Shown piece after piece: positions 22,752 through 34,420 of a DNA stretch of 64,000 nt (within the stretch, counting starts at the first letter, position 1; every line of letters starts with the position of its first letter). Location: the NCBI GenBank assembly GCA_965644315.1, contig CBFFRQ010000052.1, positions 62,001 through 126,000 on the forward strand. Direction: 5' to 3'. Both the position numbers and the translations under genes were made by a program. The notes below the pieces were generated by a model that was not told where the DNA came from, did not search any database, and saw nothing but the letters and a program-made list of their open reading frames with translations. The DNA is from Caecitellus pseudoparvulus (Eukaryota > Protista > Bigyra: Bicosoecida).

Positions 22752-25700
22752 TCACTCTTCATCGCTGCTGCTGCCGTCGCTGCCAGACCCGCTGCTGCTG
22801 CCTTCCGAGCCGCTGCCGCTGCTGCTGCCCTCGTCATCGGTGGAGGACGACCCCTCACCGCTGCTTGACCCGCTGGATACAGAGCCGCTGTCAGAGCTGG
22901 AGTCACCAGATGACGCTTCCGAGTCTGTGCTGTCGCCATCTGTGGAGCCTTCGTCGGATGAAGTCTCGGCGGCAACAGCGGCAGCCGCAGCACGCGCCGC
23001 CGCCCGCAGAGCTCGCTGCGCCTCCTCCCACTTGGCCGGGTCGCGCGTATCAGGCTCAGAGGGTTCCTCCGCCCAATCGGGTAGCGCGACATACCCCTCG
23101 ATGCCTTGCCCCAGGGCGTGCGACATGGTGCCCAGCCTGAACGCGTCTGAGGATGCGAAGGCGCCCTGCAGCACGGGGGGCGGCTTGCTGACCAGGAAGA
23201 TGCCCCGCACGACGCCTGCTGCGGCTGTGATGGCTGCTGCGCTGCGGGCGGCATCGCTGGGACCGACATCGGGGCCTGCAGCCCATGTGGCGGCTGCCGC
23301 GCCGGTGGACCCGGAGGCCATGTCCGCTGCCGCGGAGTCCGCCATCACGTGCTTCGCCGTGGGGCTGGCCAGACCACCGTCGTCCTCTGTGGTGGCCGAC
23401 CCAGCACCTGCCGCTGCTGGCGGCGAGGCGGCTGCACCCTCCTCGCCCGTGCCTTCCCCCTCGGTGACGACCTCAGATGGGGCTGGCTCTTCACCGGATG
23501 CGGGCTGCGGAGAGGCGGCATCCTCAGCGGCCTCAGCCTCCACATCCCCAGTCTCACCAGCGGCACTGCCAGCTGCACTGGCGGCGTCATCCTCCCCCAC
23601 AGCGCTGCCCTCACCGGGCGCCTCAGTGGCACTGTCACCCTCTGGCGCAGCTGCGGTGTCCACCAACCCACGTGCGTCGTCCTCGCCAGCGGGGGTGGGG
23701 GCAGGGGAGGCCGCCCTATCTTCTGGGGCATCGGGCGCTGCCGCTTCCGATGGGGCTGCTGCCTCGGAGGGAGGCGGAGGGGCTGTCCCTGACTCCGGGG
23801 CCGGCGGCGTGGCTGTCATCTTGGACAAGGCTGCCTGCACCGCGTCCGAGCTGGCCAGCGCGGCGGGGGGGCTGAACAGCAGCGCCTTGAGCAGGCGCAC
23901 CCGGTCTCGCAGGTCGTAGCTGGTGTCGTGACGGGCCAGGTCCAGGACGTACTTCACCAGGGCGTCAATGGTGCGCAGGCGTTTGTCAGCCTCCGCTGGG
24001 TCCTCACCCCGCAGAGCGTCCAGTGCTGCCTCGCACGACACTGCGCCGGGGAGGGGCGGCAAGAACAGGAACGCCCACAGCTTGGCAGCCAGCGTGACGA
24101 CCTGCTCCTTGACGGGCGTCGTTTCCTTGCGGAAGCCCTTGGCGAGGATGCGCAGGGCGTCGGCTGCGAGGCCGCACACAGCTGGCTTGTGCAAGAACTC
24201 GCCGACGAGCCACACCATGGAGGCCCGCGCGTCAGCCGAGGCGATGCTGGGCAGCATGCCCACGAGCTGCAGGATGACGCCTTCGCCCGTGGTGGTCTGT
24301 TGCTGCAGCAGCAGGCGGATGGCCACGACTGCCTGGGCCACGACGGCGGGGTGCGGAGTCGCGACGAGGCCCATGAGGCCCCGCAAGATGCGGTTGGCGA
24401 CCTCGGGCACTTTCTGCCCCACCGACGCGACCGCCTTGATGGTGGCGACGACGAAGTCCTTGTCGTCAGCCTTCACGTACGTCGTGAACTCTTTCAGAAT
24501 CAAGCCCGCCGTGTCCGGGGACGCCAGCGTCGCCATGATGTCCACCTTCATCAGCTTCACAAAGGCGGGTTCGCTGGCAGCCACGAAAAACTGCTTCAGG
24601 TACTTGCGGAACATGCCGGGGGCTTCCTTGGCCAGGGAGACGATGTTGGACAGCAGCAGGTACTGCACCTCGCGGTGGTTGCGCATGGCGCGGGTCAGCG
24701 CCTCACCCACCTTGATGCTGGTGTCTCTGGAGCGCGGCGCCAGTGTGCTGTACACGTCAGCCACTGCCAGCACCACGCCAGTGCTGCGGGAGCGCAGGAG
24801 GGGCACTGCAGCACGCAGCAATAAGTCGTGGTCTGCATCCAGAGCAACGTCGCCGTCGTCCACAAGGCCACCTGACTCGTCCTCCTCCACGTCGCTGGCC
24901 GTGACAGAGGAGTCGTCGCTGTAAAAGCCACTCTTCTTGCGCTTGGGCTTCTTGCTGCGAGTGGCCTTGCGGACCGCAGCGGCTTCCCGCAGCGCAACTG
25001 CGCCCGTGCGCGGGTCCACGAACTGGGTGCGTGCGTACTCAGTCAGCACCTGCAGTGCGACGATCTGTCCCCACTCATCCAAGTCCGCCAGCGTGTGGCA
25101 CAGCTTGCGGTAGACAGAGTGCAGCATGTCATACCTCGCTGGGCAGACTTCCCGCCAGCAAAAGATGGCGGAGGACAGGACAATGGTCGAGCGGTCGTGA
25201 AGCAGGCGCTCCACGACATCTGTCAGCTCGGGCACGGTGGAGGCCTCCATAGCGGTGACCTTGGGGATGCACAGCGCCGACACCTTGCGCACATAGGCAG
25301 ACGTGTCGAAAGCTGCCTTCTTCACGGCCATGACTTGGATGGGGATGATGTCCCTCACTCGGATGCCACACATGACTCGCAGGGCCAATGCACGAATGAG
25401 CTCGTTGCGGTTGGACAGGTCCTTCTGAAAGGTGTTGATGGCGAGCAGAGCCAGCCCTCGGCACGTCTCCTGGGACAACGGAAGCACGAACGCATGACAG
25501 CGCTGCAGGCGGAAGGGGACGCAATCACTCATGCTGCACGTACGTTTGCATCGGCATGGTACACCAGGTATGTGTACACGAGCTTCTTGACATCCACGGA
25601 CTTGACCTGGGAAGCGACGGGAAGCGGCATGAGCAACACCAGCAAGGCTGCAAGCACCGCGCCAGGACTGAAACGCACAATGACATTGCGAACCACATCG

Positions 25701-26058
25701 GCGTAGTACTCTGCGACATCCCGTCCTTTGCTCATTTGCTGCGTGGCGCGTGGTGGCGTCAGTCCAGGCAATGAGGCAGGGCCAAGTTTGGTGCAGTGCA
25801 CCTGCACAGCCAGCTCTGGGGCGAGCCCAAGGCACTCACGGCAAGAAGGTACTTCATGCCTTCGGTTTTCTCAATGACACCCGTCCTGGACTCAGTGGAG
25901 GACTTGTTCAGGAGCTCCCGGATGCGCTCGGGCTGTGGGGGGGAGCATGTGGCACGGGGCGGGTGGGCCGTGCGGAACTATGGAGCGCTGGCCACGCCTC
26001 GCACAGTCACAGATTCCTCGAAGTAGTGGCCTTCGCCCACGATACTTTGGATGCTCAT
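22752..26058 (-). CDS. AP3B: AP-3 complex subunit beta (multi-exon)
   Basis: Spliced N-terminus: MSIQSIVGEGHYFEE | ...GMKYLLA | QMSKGRDVAEYYADVVRNV | KSVDVKKLVYTYLVYHAD | LALLAINTFQKDLSNRNELIRALALRVM. It also has DLDEWGQI, YDLRDRVR, FRLGTMSHALG..GY.ALPDW and an acidic Ser-rich hinge. Confidence 0.95.
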
Positions 26059-26508
26059 GGTGGCTGCAGGGATGGTGGGCCGGCTGTGGGTACGCTTTCG
26101 AAACAAGGACACCCTGCTCCCGTGCGACAAGATGCAGCACCAAGCGTGGAGTGGGTAGCGGAGCAAGCCTTGCCTGGCCTGGGCCGTGGGGCGTGCCTGG
26201 GAAACCACCGGGCTTCCAGTGATAGCTTGGTCACACTGGAGAGTGTGGTGTTAGCTTGAAAGTGGGCGTCGAACCTTCAGGCATGTTGCCCAGCCCAGCC
26301 TTTTTTTGACATGGCCAAGCACCGCTGACCAGCCCACGTGCCGAGGTGGGCATTCGGCAGCGTCAGCTACACACAAAAACGTAACGGAGCCTGCCTCTTC
26401 CGCCAGAGTCGCAGTGGGTTTCGTGCCTCGTGCCGACGCCGGCAATGCCAAGTGGCACCCGTTGCTGTCGGCTTGGCTTGAATCAATTTCCGAGAGCAGG
26501 CTGCACCA

Positions 26509-27848
26509 ATGGGCACTGGCAAGCGGGTAGGCACGCTGGCCACCCTCTCTGCAGCCTCAGCACTATGTTGTGCTGGAATCTTCTTCCCTGAGGATGTGCA
26601 AGCCCACTTCGCGCTAGTTCCACACAAGTGCGTGACACTTGGCGCTGGCCACTGCACACCTGCTGGCCTCAAGGGCATTCACCCCCCGTGCCCTGCAGCA
26701 CCTTGCTCGGGGAGCATGCGGTTTGGAACCTTCTTTCACATTGTCTACTTGAGACACACATAGTGCCAGTGAGTCTTTTCCTCCTCTCCCAGCACCTTCA
26801 GTGATCACTTCGCTTCCTCCCACGCAACCAGGCTGTCCTGGGCCTGCTTTTGATGGCCTACCTGCTGCCACTGTCGGAAGCAGCTTTCCCGCACGTGGGG
26901 CACTTCGGATGGTGCATCTTCATCTCCGTCCTTGTTGCTGGGGCGGGCACCTGGCTGGGGACGTTCGCCGCCTTCCTCTCAACTGCCGACGCGGCAATGC
27001 TGTGAGTCACCACGCCGCGCTGCGAGCCCTGAGGAGTGCAGCCCCACAATATTAGCCCCCTCCCTTGGTGCAGGTCCACTGCTTCGTTCGGGCTGGGTCC
27101 ACTCGCCGCTTGCTGCTGCGTGGTGCTCGTGAAGGCCCTCGGCCCAGATGCGGAGCTACCGAGCCCGACAGCAGTCCTGCAACGCTTGGTGGCAGCAGAG
27201 CTGCAGCCCACAGCCGGCGGCTCCAGCCCTTGCCCAACGGTCCTCTTGCATACCAGTGCGCTCCCAGTGTCCCTCCTTGCCTTGCAAGCAGCACTACAGT
27301 TTGGCCTTGGCTGGAGCGGTGGCTTCTGGACCACCCTCCTCACTCTCCTCGCCTGCTGGGCCCACCTACGCTTCTTCACAGCTGCGTTGCCAACAAGTTG
27401 CAACGTTGCATCCAGCGAAGCTGCCCCGTCAGCTTTGCTGGGCGACCGCTCGGACCGGCTGCTGTTTGTTTCCCTCCTTCCAGCAGCTGCGCGGCCTGCC
27501 GTAGGCCTGCTCCTGCGGCCCTTGTCGGCTGTCTGCCTGCGACTACCGCTCTTTCACATGGCACGACCAGCCCAAGTGTCCCACGACGGCGCGCAGGCTG
27601 CGCAGGCCTTGTTTAGCTTCTCCTCAGGGACGGGGGGCACGTCCTCGCCCACCCACGCCGCTGCGGGTGCCACCGCCCCGCCAGCTGTGCGGGACCCAGT
27701 CGCGGAACGGCGCCGAGCCCGTGCGTTGGCCTTACTAGACGCCAAGCTTGCGGCCATGTCGGGTTCCGGGCGAAAGCCAGCTGCACCAGGTCCGAAAGCC
27801 TCTCCTTCACAACTCACAGCTGAAGGCCAGCCTGACAGCGAAGCATAA
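26509..27848 (+). CDS. TMEM115: TMEM115-like (DUF1751, rhomboid-like) Golgi membrane protein, multi-exon
   Basis: N-terminal hydrophobic segment ending FALVP. The C-terminal family-like motifs are W.HLRFF, GDRSDRLLFVSLLP and DPVAERRRARALALLDAKL. Internal exon boundaries are not resolved. Confidence 0.7.
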
Positions 27849-28043
27849 TGCATGATTGACCAATCATGCTACGCTTGACGTGCCAACGAGAGCGAGTGCC
27901 AGAGATTTTCACACAGCTCAAGCACGGCCCCTGGACTTTGTTCAGGAGGGACATCGCACTTCCGCAGCCAGTCTCAGCCGCGAGGGTGGCCGAAGTGCGG
28001 AGGTGGGCTGCAGCTGCTGGCGTCTGCCAACGCTCCCTCGTTC

Positions 28044-29447
28044 ATGAGCGAACGAGTGCAGCTTCTCAACACCGAGCACGCTGGTATGGCAGCTTCTGTT
28101 GATACATCGCAAGATGCAGAGCTGGCCAGGAGGCTGCAGCTGGCCGAGATGGGTCAGCGTCGAGTGCGTGTGCACACGCGAAACGCTGGCGCTGCAGGAC
28201 ACGCCGGGCCGCCCCTGGCACCACCACGTCACTGCAACGCAATGATGCACGCGTTTTCTGCCTGCAGGTGCCATCACAGGGCCCTGGTCGCCTCGGGCCT
28301 CGGGTGAGTGCATGTGTGCAGCACCTGCGTTGACCTGACGCTGGGCACGCTCTCATCGCTGTTGCTTCTTCAGGGAAATGCGAGGGCGAACATCATGCAG
28401 CAAGCCGTGCAGGATCAAGCCGAGGCGGCGACGGGGGTGCAGAACCCAAAGTTTACCGTATGTCCCAGGTCCATTCGCGCTTGGGTGCGCTGTGCCACCC
28501 GCAATGACCACGCCTTGCCTTCGCAGTCCATTTTTCTCACGGTGCTGCATGTTCCTCAGATCCTGGCAGTCATTGCCGTCATGGTGACGGCCACCGACCC
28601 GTTCGAGTGTGATCGTCCCTTGGGCGCCTGGCTGATCGTGTCAGCCTTGCGCCAGGCTCTTACGACAGCGTGTATCTTTGCCATGGCTCGGTACTGGCCG
28701 GACTTGGATACCGCACCGGCCCCAGCACGCATCATGTCAAGCCTGTACCAGCCGCTGTCCACACTGGGATTGATTTGGTTTATTTTTGGGAACCTATGGT
28801 ACATCAACAGTGAAGAAGGGCAGTGCGATGACGGCATGCGCAAGCTGACACTGGCCATGGTTATCATCCAGTACATTGTAATGTTCCTGCCCTGCCTTGT
28901 GCTGCTCATCAGCCTGCCCTTTGCCTGCTTCTGCTTCCCTCTCTTCATGCGCATCATCCAGACCCTGAACCCGCCAGCGCAAGCCACCTCGGGTGTCAGT
29001 CAGGAGCAGATCATGGCAGCCACGCGACTGGAGCGCTGGCAGCCAGGCATGTTTGACGAGAACACTTGTGCCATCAGCATGGAAGAGTACAGCAAGGGGG
29101 ACGAGGTGCGCATCTTGCCCTGCGGCCACCATTTCTCCAACGGGGCCATCACCACGTGGCTGGCAAGCCACAACTCGTGTCCCATGTGCCGGGCTCGCGT
29201 GGTGGATGACGCAGGGCAACCAGTGCCGACAGCAGGGGGAAACGGTGGCGCGGGAGTCACTCGGGTGGAGGTGGCGCCAGCTTCGTCAACGGACACCTCT
29301 TCTCCCCCCACCGCAACCAGCCCACAGGGAGCACCTTCTGCTCGCGAGGGCGCTGACCAGCCTGCGCCTGGGTGTGCGCCGGGGGCCCGGGCTTCCTCTC
29401 CGGGCGGCTACGCTCGCATGCAAGACCCAGAACAGGGCCGAGCATGA
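28044..29447 (+). CDS. Multi-pass transmembrane RING-H2-type E3 ligase with a degenerate RING, multi-exon
   Basis: N-terminal DAELARRLQ motif. The transmembrane region has CDRPLGAWL, WFIFGNLW and FLPCLVLLISLPFACFCFP. The C-terminus has CAISMEEYSKGDEVRILPCGHHFSNGAITTWLASHNSCPMCR. Confidence 0.88.
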
Positions 29448-29510
29448 CGCCGTGGAGTCCTCGTGTGCCTGTGTGTCACCTTCAATGCATTTCGATCACT
29501 CGAGAGGCGC

Positions 29511-30554
29511 CTAGGCCTCCCCTCCAGCTGCTGCCGCTGCAGGGGTGGCCTCTGCAGCTTCGTCCCGTTCTTTGGCCAGCGCGGCAACAGCTGCATCTGC
29601 GATGAGCTGCTCTGGCAACACTCGTCGAGTGGGGCCAGCACAAGGCACGGCCAGGTCCCCCTTCATCTGCTTGTATACCTTGCGCAGCTCGGGGTCCACA
29701 CACTTGCTGAGGATGTCGTAGGTGAACTCCCGCGCGACGCTGGTGCGCCCCGGGCTGATTTCATCAACCGCATACTTCAGCTTGTCTGTGTAGAAGGCTT
29801 GAGCAGACTCGTTCTCCTTGAACACCGTCAGCATCACCCAGCGCATGGACTCCTTGATAGCGATGAGCTCCATGAGCTGCATAAGGCGCTTGCCCAAGCC
29901 CTTCCGGCGGGCAGACTCCACAAGGTGCAGCTCATACACATAGAGTACCTCGTGCAAGCCCTCCATCATGAGTCGGAAGTGCGTGAAGCCAATGCGCTCG
30001 CCCTCCGCGTTGAACGCAATGAGGTACCGTGCGGCTTCATCCACGAGCTCGCGCCGCTTCTGCCCATCGTCCCAGCCCCAGCCGGCGTCGATGTACATCT
30101 CCTTCATGTTATCCCTCACCAGTTCCAGCATCCAGTCCTTCACCTCCTCCGTGGTGTCCCCAGGGTGTGCGAACTCGATGTGGGCAACCAGCTCTCCATC
30201 AGGGCTCTTGTACGAGCACATCTTGCTCAAGCTCTCCAGCACGTTCTTCTGCACAGGCAAAGATGTGGCGCCTACAGTGAACACCACACGACGTTCCAAC
30301 CCTTGAAGCCTGTTCTGCCGCGTGCCAGGCCCTGCCAAGCGCCGCGAGGCTGCCTGCACCGCACCAGCGTCGTGCGCTGGCCTGCCACCTGCACTGCACT
30401 TGCCCCCACGCCTGCGTCAGCAGTCACGCACCACGGAGCCATCCTCGTTGAACATGGCAGCATTCACAACGGCCTTCTTCTCTGCCTCGGCCTGGGCCTT
30501 CTTCATGCGCAGCTCTTTCTTGCGCTTGGCCTTGGCCGACGTCCGACGAGGCAT
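29511..30554 (-). CDS. NAA40: N-alpha-acetyltransferase 40 (NatD), GNAT family
   Basis: Basic N-terminus MPRRTSAKAKRKKE, then an intron. The rest has NMKEMY...WGWDDGQKRREL...ARYLI, FTHFR, VLYVYELHL..SARRKGLGK and VMLTVFKEN..A..FY...KYAVDEISP. Confidence 0.93.
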
Positions 30555-30805
30555 GGCGGTGGACTGGCAAATTCCGCAGCAGACCGTGCCTTGCGCCGGG
30601 CTGAGTGACCCAAAGGCGCTGTGGAGTGGAAGGAGAGGGATGTCGGTGGTGGTGGGCAGATGCGGGGGCGGTGAATTTGCGCTGGCGTCGCTGGATGTGC
30701 GCTGGACCCGCCGACTGGTAATCCGACCCAAGGTGCCGTGCCACCCTCCCACAGTCAAACACTGTACAGACTGCGGCCCTGAAAACAGCGAAGCTGCCCC
30801 GAGTG

Positions 30806-32750
30806 TCACTGTGCAGCTGCTGCGCCAATGTCGGGCCTGGCATCCCGCACTGCTTTCAAAGCGGTGCTGAGCGTGCGCGGTGCTGCGCGGCCTTCAGCCT
30901 CCGCTGCCGCCACGAGCTTGTCATGCACCGCTGCAGACACCCCCACAGCCTCGGCAGCCGCTTCACTGCGCTTGGCCTCGACGCTTGCAAGCGGACCAGT
31001 CTTCTTTGTCGCTGCGGCACCCAGCGCAGCGCGGTAGGCGAGCTTCTGCAGCTCCGGCTGGGAGGCGCCCCGCAGCTCGTCCACCTTGGCGCCCGACTCG
31101 GGGTCGTACACGTGGAAAGTGGGGAAGGCAGAGACGCCGGCCTGCAAGACGAGGTCCTGCACCGTGTCCCCATTCACCTTTGCGAAGCGCAGCAGCGATG
31201 GGTGGTAGGCTCCTGCCAGGGAGGTGACGTAGGGTGAGATGGCTTTGCACGGCCCACACCAGTCGGCGAACCAGTCCACCACGACACGCCGCACGCCGTC
31301 TGCACGAGCCTTGGCAATGAACTCGCCCCAAGCTTCGTCTGAGTTGATGTGGTGCACGGGGTCGGCCCCCAAGCGGCCTGCCAGTGCTGCCACCTCACTA
31401 GAAATGGTGACATCCACTGGTGCCAAGCATTGCCGCACACCAGCCACGGCGAATGCCGCTGCAACCGCACCAGGGCTGGACTGGGCAGCCAGGGAGGCAT
31501 GTGCAAACTTCCATGCCTTGGCGCTTGTTCCATGCAGGGCTAACGCAGCCAAGGCGTGGGTCAGCACGACCGAGGTGTCGGAGTCACCGGCAGCAGACGC
31601 GGCAGCGGCGGCGTTGGTATGCAGTGTGCACGGCGCAAAGCCCAGCGAGCCCTCAGACTCGTGGATGCCTGCACTGTATGCCTCTAGGGCTTCAGCGAAC
31701 TTGCTTGCAGAGTAGTGGGCATTTCCCCGCTCTTTGGCGCTCTGCACCGCCTCCAACGCGCCGAGCGCGGATGCTGCCGTGTGAGACCACTCAGGCAGTG
31801 GCATCCCCCGCTCGGAAGAAACCCCATGGGCAGAAGGTTGCTCCCCCGGTGACGCCCAGCCTGCGATGGTGTCGAGGTGGCGCACTACTGCCGCCGCATC
31901 GCCAAGATGCCCCAAGCCCGCCAAACACAGCATGAGGATGTGTGCCGCAGCCGCTGGGTGGTGCAGCAGCTGAAACCGCTGGAGCCTGGAGGGTTCCAGG
32001 GCCACCCCTGCTACAGGGCCCGCTGGAATGCAAGACGATGCCTTGCTGCTCCACACGCCGCTGTTCTTGAGGTACACAGCCAAGGCAGCAGCAGCATAGG
32101 TGGCTCCGGTGGCCAGACTCCCTGAACTGGCCAACAGCGCAGCATGCGCCACCAGAAGAGCAGGCGCGTGGGGGTAGACTTGCAATGCGTCATGAGTCTT
32201 CTGGAGTGCGGCTGCTGGATCAGACCCGGACCTCAGCAAGGTGCTGGGCAGCTGAAAGGCGGCTTCGGGCAACTCTGCAGCTGCAGACGCCAGAGCAGCT
32301 GAAATTTGAGCGGCGTCCGTGGCAGGCTCAGAACACAAGTGCGGCAAGCCGAGGTGCGTGAAAACTGCATCTTGTCGCTGCTTAGCTCGGGCCATGCTTG
32401 GTTCCAGAGCAAGGGCACTAGCAGCGTCGTCGAGGGCGTCTGAGCGTGGCGGGGGGCGAGAAGGGCACGATGCGGCAGCTGGCACTGCAGCTGACTTGAA
32501 CGCCACGCACCGGAAAAACGATGCAACTGGATGAGGGCTGCGGCGCGATTGGTAAACAAAGCTGGCTGTTTGTCATCAGCTGCTATGGCTGCCGTGTAGT
32601 GCTCTGCCGCCGCCAGGTAGTCGCCTGTGGATCGGTGGAAGACGTGGCATCAAGTTCCGCAGAGAACTGGGCGAAAGCTGTCGACGCACCTTCGCCGAAG
32701 GCTTTGTTCCCAGCAGCTTTGAGGGACGCTGAGTCACCGGAAGAAGCCAT
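30806..32750 (-). CDS. TPR-repeat protein with C-terminal thioredoxin domain, multi-exon
   Basis: TPR exons: LKAAGNKAFGEG | DYLAAAEHYTAAIAADDKQPALFTNRAAALIQL | DALDDAASALALEP, and AKERGNAHYSASKFAEALEAYSAGI. The thioredoxin domain reads VVVDWFADWCGPCK...FAKVNGD...GVSAFPTF. Confidence 0.9.
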
Positions 32751-32951
32751 GGCTTCCAGCGGCCAGGGCAGCAAGGCACAAAGGTGTGCAGTCGATGCAG
32801 GGTTGGTGTGTGAGGTTTGTCGAGAAGAGGAGTTTTAGCGAGGCTTCCCAAGTGCGCCAACCAAACAACTTTCGCTGGGTGAAACCAGGGCCCTGCCCGA
32901 CGTGTGGCTTGCATGCATTGACGTGATTCACCTGGCACAAGGGCGGCGTGC

Positions 32952-34277
32952 CTACAGCGTCTTCTCCTTGAGCCCCTCCAAATCCGGGCGGTCCTTGTCC
33001 CACTTGGTGCGACCGGCGCCCCGGCTCTCGCCGCCAGTGGAGTCCCAGGCAGCCCACTTGGAGCCCGGGGGCGTCAGCAGCGTGCCGAAGATCCAGTCAA
33101 AGAGGATGGTGAACTGGCCGTAGTTGTGCTTGTAGTCAGTGTGGTGGATCTCGTGGTAGCCTGCGCCCATAATGGGCTCTGACTCCAGCTGGATCGTGTC
33201 GTGGATGCTGGTGCTCCAGATGGCAGTGAAGAAGAGCAAGATCTCATGCGTCAGGAAGTGCATGGGCACAACGAACATCATGAGGACGTAGGGCAAGGCC
33301 TGCAGGCAGCCGTCCACGGGGTGGAAAGCCAATGACGCAAAGGGGGACAGCGTGTTGTTCTTGTTGTACTTGTGGTGGATGGCGTGCAGGTGCTTGTACA
33401 GCGGCTTGATGTCGTGCAGCAGGCGGTGCATCCAGTACACGCCTGCCTCCACGCACACCATGTACACGACGAACCAGCACAGGTATGCCGGCAGGCCGAC
33501 GGTGTCGATGTGCTCGTACGCCTGGGTATAGCCCCGCTCCACCAGCCACTCCGCCCACGTGGGCAGCCACGTGTACAGGAACATGGCGTTCTGGGCGACC
33601 TGAAAAGGTGGCCGGGTGCGGGGGGTGAGCATGGGGTGGCGGTGTGTGGGGTTGCTTCCTGGCAAGGGCGGCCTCACCTTCACCTGCTCGTACATGGCCC
33701 CGAACGTTGGCAGGGTCTGGTCCGGAGCGAAGGAACAGGCCCTGAAAAAGCCGTAGATGCCGACACACCAGAGCGCGCCCACCACCATGTACAGCAGCGT
33801 CCCCAGGATGTAGTTCCTGTGCACGTGTTTGGGTCGAGGTGTGCTGCCGAAGCGAGCACGTGCAACGCAAACAGGGCGCATCACGAACCGGTACCAGGAC
33901 ACCATGAAGTGGGGCAAGTTCGCCTCGATGACGGAGGGGATGACCAGGGAGTTCTTCCACGCGTTGAACTCGATGAAGGCTCGCAGGTCAGGGTCCGTTG
34001 TGGCGTTGTAGTGATCTCCCACGAGCCAATCCAGCCAGCCGGAGCCGTCAATTTCCGCACAGTTCAGCGCGTGAGTGGGGTCCCGCTTGAGCCACGCCCA
34101 GTCGAAGGACTGCAGCATGTCCAAGGCAGTGAAGTTTCCTTGGGGGAAACTTGCACCCACACTCGGCACAGCCGCGGCGTGAATCGCTGTGCTGGTGCTC
34201 GTCACCAAGACGGCGCCCACAGCCATGGCTGCCACCAATCCGGCGGTTGTCAACAGCGCATCGGTGCGCACGTACAT
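32952..34277 (-). CDS. ERG3: Delta7-sterol C5(6)-desaturase (fatty acid hydroxylase superfamily), with short in-frame introns
   Basis: Three His boxes: YWMHRLLH, HLHAIHHKY..SPFASLAFHPVDG and GAGYHEIHHTDYKHNYGQF..DWIFGTL. Confidence 0.92.
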   Translation of the reverse strand: MYVRTDALLTTAGLVAAMAVGAVLVTSTSTAIHAAAVPSVGASFPQGNFTALDMLQSFDWAWLKRDPTHALNCAEIDGSGWLDWLVGDHYNATTDPDLRAFIEFNAWKNSLVIPSVIEANLPHFMVSWYRFVMRPVCVARARFGSTPRPKHVHRNYILGTLLYMVVGALWCVGIYGFFRACSFAPDQTLPTFGAMYEQVKVRPPLPGSNPTHRHPMLTPRTRPPFQVAQNAMFLYTWLPTWAEWLVERGYTQAYEHIDTVGLPAYLCWFVVYMVCVEAGVYWMHRLLHDIKPLYKHLHAIHHKYNKNNTLSPFASLAFHPVDGCLQALPYVLMMFVVPMHFLTHEILLFFTAIWSTSIHDTIQLESEPIMGAGYHEIHHTDYKHNYGQFTILFDWIFGTLLTPPGSKWAAWDSTGGESRGAGRTKWDKDRPDLEGLKEKTL

Positions 34278-34420
34278 GATGAAAAGTGTCGGTGAAAGGC
34301 CCTGTCAACAGGGGGCATAAAGCCAAGTGTGCCTTGTTGCTCTGCAGGCTCAGCAAAGCCGTGAACCCCGTGCATGCGTGGCTCGCGCAAAACAAAGTGA
34401 ATTTCCCGCCGCATTGATCC

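Noticed and set aside
22619-23269. N-terminal third of the 661-aa LRR ORF as a real AP3B-LRR overlap or fusion
   Set aside because: It is an alternative-frame read-through of the low-complexity AP3B tail. A plausible ATG at 22618 explains the LRR gene without any overlap.
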